A DNA stretch of 33,541 nt from a virus (Duplodnaviria; Caudoviricetes), in the IMG/VR virus record IMGVR_UViG_3300032303_000199, positions 1 through 33,541 of that record; one strand, written 5' to 3'. Of the stretch, positions 1-11,686 are shown in pieces. The stretch's first letter is position 1. Every line of letters starts with the position of its first letter. The notes below the pieces were generated by a model. That model saw only the letters and a program-made list of their open reading frames with translations. It was not told where the DNA came from and searched no databases. The position numbers and the translations under genes were made by a program.

Positions 1-3617
<3,617 letters not shown>

Positions 3618-3641
3618 TCGTTATTTGAGAAACGGTGACCC

Positions 3642-3672
3642 AAAAAAATACCCGACTATTGCCGGGTATTTT
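3642..3672 (-). terminator. Rho-independent terminator after the 1061-aa gene
   Basis: aaaatacccg/cgggtatttt inverted repeat with a U-tract on the minus strand. Confidence 0.8.
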
Positions 3673-3686
3673 AAACTACGGTTCTT

Positions 3687-6600
3687 TTATAGACCGCTTA
3701 ATTTCATATAGTCTTTTAACAAATCAGTAGACTCTTTCATTGGGCTACCTAAACCATCAACACCCATACGACTCTTTTGCCCATTGATAACTGGAACTGT
3801 TGTTTGACCAGTAGATTTTTGTTTATTCAATCCACCACTGATAACCTTAGTCATAAAATCAATGTCAGCTTCAAAAGTATCATCTGCGCTGTTAGCGTAT
3901 GATTCATCTACTTTTTTGTCTTTCTTGTATTTTTCGTCTTTCTTGTCATCATACTCTATGTCTTTAGTAACTTTCTTTCCTGCTTTCTCTGCGTTGTTGT
4001 CGTCTTTGCCTTTATGACCTTCATCATATTCAATATCGTTAGCAACTTTTTTGCCTGCTTTCTCAGCCTTTTCATCTTCTTTTTCAGTAGATTCTTCTGA
4101 TAAGAATGCTAATTTTTTGTAAAGATTAGCGAAAGATTCTGCTACTGTTTCTTCCTTCATTTTACGGTCACCGTACACTTCTTTATCAGTAATCTTATCA
4201 GCAGCAGCAACTGCATCTTTGCCAAACTTTTTTTCTACTCGTTTTTCAGTAGCATCTGCTTTGCGATGTGCATCATAATCTCCCCATCCATCCATACCAT
4301 GCGCTCTGCGTAGACCTAAAGTTTTTACTGCTAGTTCTTGTGAAATTTCATCAAGTTGACCAGTTTCATCTTCAGCTTCGTTAGTTGGGCTTGAATCTAC
4401 TTCACCTTCTTCTTCGTCTTGTGCTGCATCATCCGTTGCCAATGCTGCATCTTCACCTGCTTCTGATGCGTCATCTGCGGCTGTTTCAGCAGCACCAGAA
4501 TCTGGAGCATTTGCTTCAGCTACTTCATATGCCATTTGATCTCTTGATTCTACTTCATCAATTACTTGTTCATCACCGTGATCACATTGGCATTTGCTTT
4601 CCATGTAACCGCATTCATTACAAGGTTCTTCTTCACCGTGCATATGTCCTTCTTCACTGTGACCTTCATGACCTTCTTCATCTTCATAGTCACCGCCGCC
4701 TTGCATGTCACCGCCACCGGTCAATTTCTTCATCAATGCCATCATACCGTCATGGTCATCAACTACACTGATACCACCGTGAGCACCTGCACTACCTTGG
4801 GGTGCGCCATAACCATTATGTTCATCACCGCCAAACAAGCCCATGCCTGCTGATTTGATGATACTTAACAATTGGTCAGCTTCACCATCTTGTGCTGATA
4901 CACTTACTGAATCGGGAGATCCTTGTTGACCTTTAGAAATAGAAACGGTCATACCTTCTGATACTTCTTTGCCTTCAAGAATAGCATTCAATTGCTTGTC
5001 TAATGCTTCAAAAGCTAATTCATCTAGTACATCCTTATCACTCATTGTCTGACCAAACGCTTTGAATGTATCACCAGGTGTTTTGATTGCCTGTTGCTTC
5101 ATGTAAGAAGTCTTATCCATCTCATCTATTTCACCATCGCTGTCGTTCGGAAATCTAACAAATTTACCATTTTGATCAACCATACCGTGTTTAACTAACC
5201 CTCTGAGGGTCAGTGATTTCTTCGCAGTATCATTATCTTTACCAAACCCTCTACCTGGATTTTCTTTAGCCTGTCGGTTTAGCACATTTTTTGCTTGTCT
5301 AAGTGCAGGATGTGTTTCACCCAAATCATCAGCGCCATAGCTAGCCATTGTATCTACTTCAGGACCTTGACCCATCTCATCAACTGCGGTACGACCTAGT
5401 ATTGGCATTTGACCATAGCACTCATCTAAGCCTTCTTTAAAGCCATCATGGTAGCAACGTGCTTCTTCCATGTTATCATGTGTGCAGTTGTATGGCATTT
5501 TTCTTAGTGCGTGACTTTTACCCTCAAGTCTTGCTGCTTGTAAATGATGTTCCATACCTTCTTTCACTTTCTTTTTCTCAGTTTTCTTAGCAAAAGGATT
5601 TACACCTTTCTTGCCTTCAAAAGTTAGTGGGCTTGATTGAAAAGCAGTTGGCGGTGCTTCTGCTTCACCTATTTTCTTTAGTTGTGAACCTGCAATTTTT
5701 TTAGCAGCTTTTTCACCATACTTAGGAGTTAATTTACGAACTAATGCTTCAAACCCTGTAGTAGCATTGTTAGGCTTGCCTACATCTTTTTCAGTTACTT
5801 TATCACGACCAGTAAACTTATCCCATGCATCGTGATCCAATGTATTTGCTTGTCTCGGTGCTGAAGCAACCTGCGTTGCTGGCTTAGGTGTCATACGATT
5901 AGGTTGACCTGATGGTGCTTTTGGTGGGTTGGCAGCATTGATAGCATCAACCTTGTCATCATCATATGGACCGTACATTTCTTCAAGTCCTTTGCCGTCA
6001 CCTGCAGTAGGAATCATTTTCCATTGTTTAGGAGTATTACCCTTATCTTGTTGTGCCCTAACCATTGAGTATTCATCTTCATATCCAGTGTGGTCAAGAC
6101 CGTAAGCGGCTGATTTAGCTCCAATACTATTAATACGATAATTTTTGTTACCTATTCTATTATTTTTTACTGCGGCAGCAACTTCATCACGTTCAGCCTG
6201 GTTAGTAGGTCTTCTTATGTGAGATGTAGCAGGTTCAAATGCAGACTTCTTTGGTGTTTTCATCCAATCCGTCGTTGCGTAGCCAGCACGAACAGCTTCA
6301 TCCATTTCACCTTCAGCCATACCTTGTTCATCGCCACCAATAGTAATATCACCTTTTTCAAAGGCTGCAGCCGCTTGTGGATTTTTTGCTGTTGCTACAA
6401 CTTTGCCACTAGCATCTTTAACTGCAACTGCGCCTGGCATAGGAGCTGTTGAATAACCTGCTTCACTTAATGCTTCATCCATTTGATCAAAATATTCTTT
6501 TAAACTTTTTTTAGATGTAGGTTCTTCATCTCCAGTTCCGTCATCTTTTTTATTATCAGGATGACTTTGTGCTTTACCTGAGATTGTAGTACCCTTTTTA

Positions 6601-6872
6601 CCTTTTGGCACTGCACCTGTTGTACGACCAAATAGATCACCTACTTTTTTATTCTTGGGATCATCTTTTCCTAATTTAGGTCTATCAGGATCTGGGCGAC
6701 GACCTTTTGGCTTAGGCTCTGTGCTTTTTACTTTTTTAACTACTGCATTACCTTCTTCATCTGTGTCAAACTCACGCCCATAATCACCCTTGTGGGTAGT
6801 TACGCCTTTATCAGTAGTAGTTTTTGCTTCTGATAAGCTGTCAAATGATTTTAATATATCTCTGATATCCAT
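3687..6872 (-). CDS. Large acidic low-complexity protein, probably virion-internal/prohead core
   Basis: 1061-aa ORF, E/D/K/G rich, many [LIVM]xE motifs, internal repeat AEKAGKKVxxDIEYD, His-rich stretch plus CxxC...CxC; SD AGGA; late operon context. Confidence 0.6.
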   Translation of the reverse strand: MDIRDILKSFDSLSEAKTTTDKGVTTHKGDYGREFDTDEEGNAVVKKVKSTEPKPKGRRPDPDRPKLGKDDPKNKKVGDLFGRTTGAVPKGKKGTTISGKAQSHPDNKKDDGTGDEEPTSKKSLKEYFDQMDEALSEAGYSTAPMPGAVAVKDASGKVVATAKNPQAAAAFEKGDITIGGDEQGMAEGEMDEAVRAGYATTDWMKTPKKSAFEPATSHIRRPTNQAERDEVAAAVKNNRIGNKNYRINSIGAKSAAYGLDHTGYEDEYSMVRAQQDKGNTPKQWKMIPTAGDGKGLEEMYGPYDDDKVDAINAANPPKAPSGQPNRMTPKPATQVASAPRQANTLDHDAWDKFTGRDKVTEKDVGKPNNATTGFEALVRKLTPKYGEKAAKKIAGSQLKKIGEAEAPPTAFQSSPLTFEGKKGVNPFAKKTEKKKVKEGMEHHLQAARLEGKSHALRKMPYNCTHDNMEEARCYHDGFKEGLDECYGQMPILGRTAVDEMGQGPEVDTMASYGADDLGETHPALRQAKNVLNRQAKENPGRGFGKDNDTAKKSLTLRGLVKHGMVDQNGKFVRFPNDSDGEIDEMDKTSYMKQQAIKTPGDTFKAFGQTMSDKDVLDELAFEALDKQLNAILEGKEVSEGMTVSISKGQQGSPDSVSVSAQDGEADQLLSIIKSAGMGLFGGDEHNGYGAPQGSAGAHGGISVVDDHDGMMALMKKLTGGGDMQGGGDYEDEEGHEGHSEEGHMHGEEEPCNECGYMESKCQCDHGDEQVIDEVESRDQMAYEVAEANAPDSGAAETAADDASEAGEDAALATDDAAQDEEEGEVDSSPTNEAEDETGQLDEISQELAVKTLGLRRAHGMDGWGDYDAHRKADATEKRVEKKFGKDAVAAADKITDKEVYGDRKMKEETVAESFANLYKKLAFLSEESTEKEDEKAEKAGKKVANDIEYDEGHKGKDDNNAEKAGKKVTKDIEYDDKKDEKYKKDKKVDESYANSADDTFEADIDFMTKVISGGLNKQKSTGQTTVPVINGQKSRMGVDGLGSPMKESTDLLKDYMKLSGL

Positions 6873-6882
6873 TTTCTTTTCC

Positions 6883-7512
6883 TTAACGGTTATATGCTGC
6901 GCCAGTCTTTGGCTTTGGTGGCATCTTAATAGTACTCATTGGACTCTTATCGCCCAACTTCTTATCATCTAAGTATGGTTTGAACGGGTCAAACGAATCT
7001 TTTGTTCTTGTTCCTGCATATTGAATATCAATCTTGGACTCTTTAGCTTGGTCTTTGATTGAAGTTAAATATGAATCTCCGTATGCTTTACTTGCTTCTT
7101 TAGCACCTGGCTGTTGTTCTAATTCAGTGTGATCTAATAATGGGCTATGACTCATTTCATTTTCATATCCCTCCTGTTCACTGTCAATGCTATCATCAAA
7201 GTGTGTTGATATCATTCTAACCATGTTAACATTATATCCACATAGTTGGGCAAGTTGTTGTACCATTGGTTCTGTTGCTGGGTATCTAAACTCAACTTTA
7301 ATCAATGTAACACTTTCATTCTCTAAATTAGGAAATCCATATGGTGACTTTTGTATTGGCGTGCTTTTTGGTTCACTGATTTCCACTGGGTCAAACTTGT
7401 TTAGATTGTACTTAAACATATCTAAAAAATTCTTGTCAATGGTGCCGGCAATTTTGATAGTATACTTGTAAGTATGTATACTTTCAACAATAAAATGTTT
7501 AAGGCTTCGCAT
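6883..7512 (-). CDS. Hypothetical late protein (start MRSLKHFIVES)
   Basis: AGGA SD and TAAATA (7533-7538) upstream of ATG 7512; the track start at 7542 lies upstream of the promoter. Confidence 0.75.
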   Translation of the reverse strand: MRSLKHFIVESIHTYKYTIKIAGTIDKNFLDMFKYNLNKFDPVEISEPKSTPIQKSPYGFPNLENESVTLIKVEFRYPATEPMVQQLAQLCGYNVNMVRMISTHFDDSIDSEQEGYENEMSHSPLLDHTELEQQPGAKEASKAYGDSYLTSIKDQAKESKIDIQYAGTRTKDSFDPFKPYLDDKKLGDKSPMSTIKMPPKPKTGAAYNR

Positions 7513-7618
7513 GTTTTTATTCCTGTATATATTATTTATCATTTATTATCTATTTTCCATTCGGATACCGATTTCCTATCTCCCCTACACATAGAGCCTA
7601 GATTACCCTGTGCATAGA

Positions 7619-8101
7619 TTAATCCTTATTCTCTTTCTGTGCCAACATCTTAAGCAATTCATTTCTGTCAAGAGCCCTACCTTCACCCAATGGGGTAGCT
7701 TCAATCTGTTCTTCCTTTGATGCTGCTTTTTGATCCAATTGTGCTTTTTTTAGTTGCAAATCAATCATCTTTAACTTCTTATTTAGTTTAGCAGTCTTTG
7801 CTGTAATAGCATGACCAAGCATAGTTCCTGCAACATTGAATATCTCGCTAGCGTATCTACTATCAACTTGCATCCCTAAATCCATCAAATCTTTATAACT
7901 ATCTTGTGCTAGTGTAGCGAGACTATCCATCTCGTCATCTGCGGCTTCTAATCCACGTACTTGTGGTAATGCTTGTTCTATTTTTGATAGACTATCTAAT
8001 GCTTCGGTGGTGATTTCCTGAGCATTATCTGGCGTTGGCTTAGCCAAAGTGTCTATTTCATTTTGGTCAAGTTCAAAAAGTGCCTCTAATTTTTTTGTCA
8101 T
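7619..8101 (-). CDS. Putative terminase small subunit (gp16-like)
   Basis: Helical pattern DLMDLGM...EIFNVAGTML...KLKMIDLQLKK and C-terminal DRNELLKML recall T4-like gp16; 160 aa; by-eye resemblance only. Confidence 0.45.
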   Translation of the reverse strand: MTKKLEALFELDQNEIDTLAKPTPDNAQEITTEALDSLSKIEQALPQVRGLEAADDEMDSLATLAQDSYKDLMDLGMQVDSRYASEIFNVAGTMLGHAITAKTAKLNKKLKMIDLQLKKAQLDQKAASKEEQIEATPLGEGRALDRNELLKMLAQKENKD

Positions 8102-8796
8102 ATGCTATTTAGTCGGTGACGATTGTCCATAATGTATTTTACCCTATCCCAAGATATTGTTATATTAAGTGATATTTGTCGTATATTCATCCCCGAATCA
8201 TATAACTCAAATACTTGCGTGAAAAGATGATTATTCTTTTTTATATATTGCTGGAATCTTAATTCATGTTGCTCATCAGACCAACTAGATCCTTTTCTAG
8301 CTTCCGCAGCCTTTAAGCAATTATTAAGTCTGTTTTCTAGTGCTTTCTCAGACCAAACTTTGTTTCTAAGTTTTTCTTTTGAAGATTCTTTTAGTTTGCG
8401 ACCAGCTACAGTTGGACGTATTTTATCAGCATGTTCTTTTCTTTTTTCATCTGTCCAATAATTATCCAACGCTTCTTTGTATAATCTTCTCGCTAAATCA
8501 TACATTCTGCTACTAGGAATATATCTACCGTCACCTATATTATTAGCATTTGATAGCATATGTAATGCAAAATTCATCTTGTATCTAGCATTACCTGTTG
8601 TCATTTTAGTTAAAAGCAAATGACATACAAAATGTTCTCTGGCTGTTAATTTTACTATATTATTATTGTCATTAGTTCCTCCCAAAGAACTAGGGACGAT
8701 GTGATGCTTTTCTGTGTAGCCAGTAATAGTTCTATCTTTGGCTTTATTGATTAGTGAATTATACCATGTGGTATATTTGTTATTGATAAATATCAT
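8098..8796 (-). CDS. Free-standing HNH homing endonuclease with C-terminal HTH
   Basis: YTEKHHIVPSSLGGTNDNNNIVKLTAREHFVCHLLL HNH motif; C-terminal MNIRQISLNITISWDRVKYI HTH-like. Start placed at ATG 8796 behind GGAG (8806-8809) rather than 8814. Confidence 0.88.
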   Translation of the reverse strand: MIFINNKYTTWYNSLINKAKDRTITGYTEKHHIVPSSLGGTNDNNNIVKLTAREHFVCHLLLTKMTTGNARYKMNFALHMLSNANNIGDGRYIPSSRMYDLARRLYKEALDNYWTDEKRKEHADKIRPTVAGRKLKESSKEKLRNKVWSEKALENRLNNCLKAAEARKGSSWSDEQHELRFQQYIKKNNHLFTQVFELYDSGMNIRQISLNITISWDRVKYIMDNRHRLNSI

Positions 8797-8866
8797 TGCT
8801 GATTGCTCCTTCATAGCATTAGAGTAGTTGGGGAGGTGAGATGCCCGCGAACTACACTTTTATTTA
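8787..8866 (-). ncRNA. Structured leader element, copy A (upstream of HNH gene)
   Basis: TAAATAAAAGTGTAGTT-CGC-GGG-CATCTCACCT-CCC-C-AACTACTCTAATGCT...GGAGCAATCAGCAATGATATTTA; close copy at 24491-24569 with compensatory stem changes. Confidence 0.7.
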
Positions 8867-9316
8867 TCATTTTTTCTTGTAATTTGGATTACCGTTGTGG
8901 AACAAATCGGATTCCGTAATTACACGAAAGGCAAACCCATGTGCTTTGCAATATGCTGTAGCCGCTGCCCATTTGGCGTGATTAACTGCTACCACTGCTC
9001 TGTCTCTTGCGCTTGCGGCACGACTTTCTATTAGACTTTGTTTCTTTGGTTTAATCTCTACAACTTCAGCAATTGCTTTTCCGTACTTGTTTTGATAAAC
9101 AACAAAAAAGTCTGGGATGTAGTTATGTACTTTGCCGTCTAATGGGCTACGATAAGGTATTGACATTGATTCACTAGCCCAGTGTGTTACATTTTTATGT
9201 GTATCGCAAAAGGTCATGAATGTTAGTTCCCAACCAGAACGATATTTAGGGTTATGTTTCCCTACATATTTGTGTGGGTTTTTGGGAGTATATATACCTT
9301 GTGCATAGTTAGCCAT
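8867..9316 (-). CDS. Head completion nuclease, T4 gp4-like (TnsA-like fold)
   Basis: YTPKNPHKYVG...YRSGWELTFMTFCD...WASE...IPY...YIPDF...EIKP...VNHAKWAAA...FRVITE: typical gp4 motifs. Confidence 0.9.
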   Translation of the reverse strand: MANYAQGIYTPKNPHKYVGKHNPKYRSGWELTFMTFCDTHKNVTHWASESMSIPYRSPLDGKVHNYIPDFFVVYQNKYGKAIAEVVEIKPKKQSLIESRAASARDRAVVAVNHAKWAAATAYCKAHGFAFRVITESDLFHNGNPNYKKK

Positions 9317-9318
9317 AC

Positions 9319-9678
9319 TTATTGCACAATGTTACGTGCTACAGGAAGATTTGGTCTTGGTACTGTACCTATACCATAGAGAGATGTTTTGCTTTTGAAA
9401 CTATTCATATAGTAAGCAAAAATCTGATTCATCTCCATCTTTTTTTTGCCTTTAACTTGGTCTAATAAATCTAATGCATCTATCCCGGTTTCTTGTGATA
9501 TTCTGAATAATACCGCAGTGAAGTTATTTGCAATATTTTTTGTAGCACAAATTGACACAAAATAACCACGAACAATGTCATATTCGTTTCCGTTTATAGT
9601 TAAAGTGATAGCATAGAATGAATCAAATATTCTAACTGTTTGATCCATTGATGTTCGTTGATCTAATATTTGTGGCAT
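9319..9678 (-). CDS. Hypothetical protein
   Basis: 119-aa ORF, TAAATA at 9699-9704, abuts gp4. Confidence 0.8.
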   Translation of the reverse strand: MPQILDQRTSMDQTVRIFDSFYAITLTINGNEYDIVRGYFVSICATKNIANNFTAVLFRISQETGIDALDLLDQVKGKKKMEMNQIFAYYMNSFKSKTSLYGIGTVPRPNLPVARNIVQ

Positions 9679-9701
9679 AATAAATTAATAGTTAACACTA
9701 T

Positions 9702-10961
9702 TTATCTACCGCGAGGTGCGTTAGTAACTCCGCTATTAGATGTACCTGCATAAGGACTCCCACCAAGTTGTTGAGGAGTAGATTGTGCATTGCTTGGAGG
9801 GGCGCCTGCTGTTCCGCTAGTTTGTGGAGTTGATCCAAAGATAGGTGTGCTAACAACTAAATTTCTATTAGGAGTTTGACCAACTGCATTTATTATACCA
9901 GCTGTAAGTTCTGTTTTAGCAAGACTGCCTAAATTAGTATTTTTAAATGTATTGTATGCCGTGCCTGCTGTTTGAATAGCACCCAATAGGTTTACTTGTC
10001 CAGTGACTGGGTCGGGAGTTAAATTATTGATAATACCACCTGCTGCATCTAGTAATCCACCTTGGCCTAATATATTTCTATTAGCACCTTTTTTCATTAT
10101 TGGACTAGGTGTTCTATCATAATTAGCATCATCACCAAAACCAGTAACAATGTTGCCGGGAGTTTTACCATCCAATCCACCTTCATTGTAAACTACAGTT
10201 TCATAATCAACAGACATTTGATGTTCCATAGTACCATTGCCTTGAGCATAGTCATATGTATCATGTGAAAATTTTGTTATGATTGGATTAACCAATGTGT
10301 AAGCTGTCCAGTTATGTTGACTTAGACCAAATACTGTTATTCGTTTAAAGAAAGGTATTTTTGAACCAGACGGATCAGCAGAGTCACCTGTATATCCCCA
10401 ATTATTATTTCCTGTTATAGAAGGTTTATATTGATTGCGATCATTGTAGGTAGCATCTGTAGAAAATGGATATGCACCACTAACTAATTGTCTAGGTGGA
10501 GTGCCAGGCGTCCCGGGCAATACAACTTGAGGTACCGTGCCATCAGCGTAATAGTAATTATAATATGCTTTCCACAAACTTCTTATTGTACCACCTGCAT
10601 TAGGAGTATTAGTTGATGTACCGTGATCGTCATGGAAAGTAATATCTATAGCATCATATTTTATTTTTGATTGAATCAATCTTTTACGATTATATTGATT
10701 CATTACTGCTACTTCAAAGCTAAAGCTAGGAAGTTTTACTGTTTTTACTAGTAGCCCAAAGTTTGAACCTGTATTTACATTTTGACCGTATGCGGCCGTA
10801 TTTATTTCAAAGTAAGTATGAAATAGATATTTAAACTTGGGGGCGTTTTGATATGAATTAGGTCTAAATGTTTTACTAGCGTGAGTATAATCCCGTAGGT
10901 AATCGCCGCCGAAAAATGTTCCGGCGGCGCCTTGAAGTAAGTTTTGAAAAAATCCAGACAT
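9702..10961 (-). CDS. Tail tube-like baseplate/tube junction protein (gp19/gp54/gp48 fold)
   Basis: LLVKTVKLPSFSFEV..MNQYNRKR...KYDAIDITFHDD tube-fold motif; adjacent to the tube gene. Confidence 0.65.
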   Translation of the reverse strand: MSGFFQNLLQGAAGTFFGGDYLRDYTHASKTFRPNSYQNAPKFKYLFHTYFEINTAAYGQNVNTGSNFGLLVKTVKLPSFSFEVAVMNQYNRKRLIQSKIKYDAIDITFHDDHGTSTNTPNAGGTIRSLWKAYYNYYYADGTVPQVVLPGTPGTPPRQLVSGAYPFSTDATYNDRNQYKPSITGNNNWGYTGDSADPSGSKIPFFKRITVFGLSQHNWTAYTLVNPIITKFSHDTYDYAQGNGTMEHQMSVDYETVVYNEGGLDGKTPGNIVTGFGDDANYDRTPSPIMKKGANRNILGQGGLLDAAGGIINNLTPDPVTGQVNLLGAIQTAGTAYNTFKNTNLGSLAKTELTAGIINAVGQTPNRNLVVSTPIFGSTPQTSGTAGAPPSNAQSTPQQLGGSPYAGTSNSGVTNAPRGR

Positions 10962-10982
10962 GCTAGATTTATTTAGCGTTGA

Positions 10983-11615
10983 TTATAAACCAGCGCCAAT
11001 ACCAGTAGATAATGAACCTGCTGTTCTACCGATAGTAGCACCTACACCAGAACCAATTGCAGATTGAATTGCATTATCAAAACGAATTGTCAATGAAATT
11101 GTTACTACATCACTTGTACCATAGTTCAATGTGTTGTAGTTAGCTGTTTGCAAGAAACAACCATAGCATTCCCAAGTCTCTAGTACTACAGGAGCATTTG
11201 CACCATTGCCGCCGTCTAGTATTTCAATGTTAGTTTGAAATTTATAGTCTTGCCCTGAAGCAGCACTTGCCATTTCAACAAAGTCTAATTGTTTCTGTAG
11301 TTGTTGTCCAACTAATCTTGAAACACTGCCTGAAGCGTCATCACGAATGTTGACTGACATTGTTTGCCAAGCATATTTACCTGCCAAATACATTGTTGAA
11401 TTGTATATGGGCATTGTAATTTCAGTGAACTGTACGTTTGGTCTTGAACAATCAATAACTTGTTTTGTTAATTCTACTGTACTTGTGTCTGTCCCGAAAT
11501 TCAAAAAGTTTACTCTGAATCTGAATTGTAGTTTTGGCATTAGTAAGCCCTGATTGCCACCGGCATTATCAGATGCTACTGTCATGTTGAACAATGATTG
11601 TGAGGCTGTTGCCAT
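10983..11615 (-). CDS. Tail tube protein (gp19-like)
   Basis: PKLQFRFRV...RPNVQFTEI...AGKYAWQTMSVNIRDD...ETWECYGCF...LNY...ISLTIRFDNA; immediately downstream of the sheath; SD AGGAG. Confidence 0.88.
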   Translation of the reverse strand: MATASQSLFNMTVASDNAGGNQGLLMPKLQFRFRVNFLNFGTDTSTVELTKQVIDCSRPNVQFTEITMPIYNSTMYLAGKYAWQTMSVNIRDDASGSVSRLVGQQLQKQLDFVEMASAASGQDYKFQTNIEILDGGNGANAPVVLETWECYGCFLQTANYNTLNYGTSDVVTISLTIRFDNAIQSAIGSGVGATIGRTAGSLSTGIGAGL

Positions 11616-11656
11616 TTTATATATCTCCTGTTAATCTTATTTATCTTAAATAAACA

Positions 11657-11678
11657 GATAACCCCTTGCGGGGTTATC
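11657..11678 (-). terminator. Terminator hairpin with GCAA tetraloop after the sheath gene
   Basis: Minus strand GATAACCCC-GCAA-GGGGTTATC followed by TGTTTATTT. Confidence 0.8.
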
Positions 11679-11686
11679 CTAGCTTA

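Noticed and set aside
8834-8843. Hairpin loop as a guide sequence (9-nt match atctcacct at 11700-11708)
   Set aside because: A 9-nt match is plausible by chance in 33 kb, and the two loops are similar to each other rather than variable
8098-8866. Group I intron or HEARO/IscB-type element around the HNH gene
   Set aside because: Flanking genes are intact and separate, non-coding space is only about 70 nt, and no RuvC or PLMP motifs are seen
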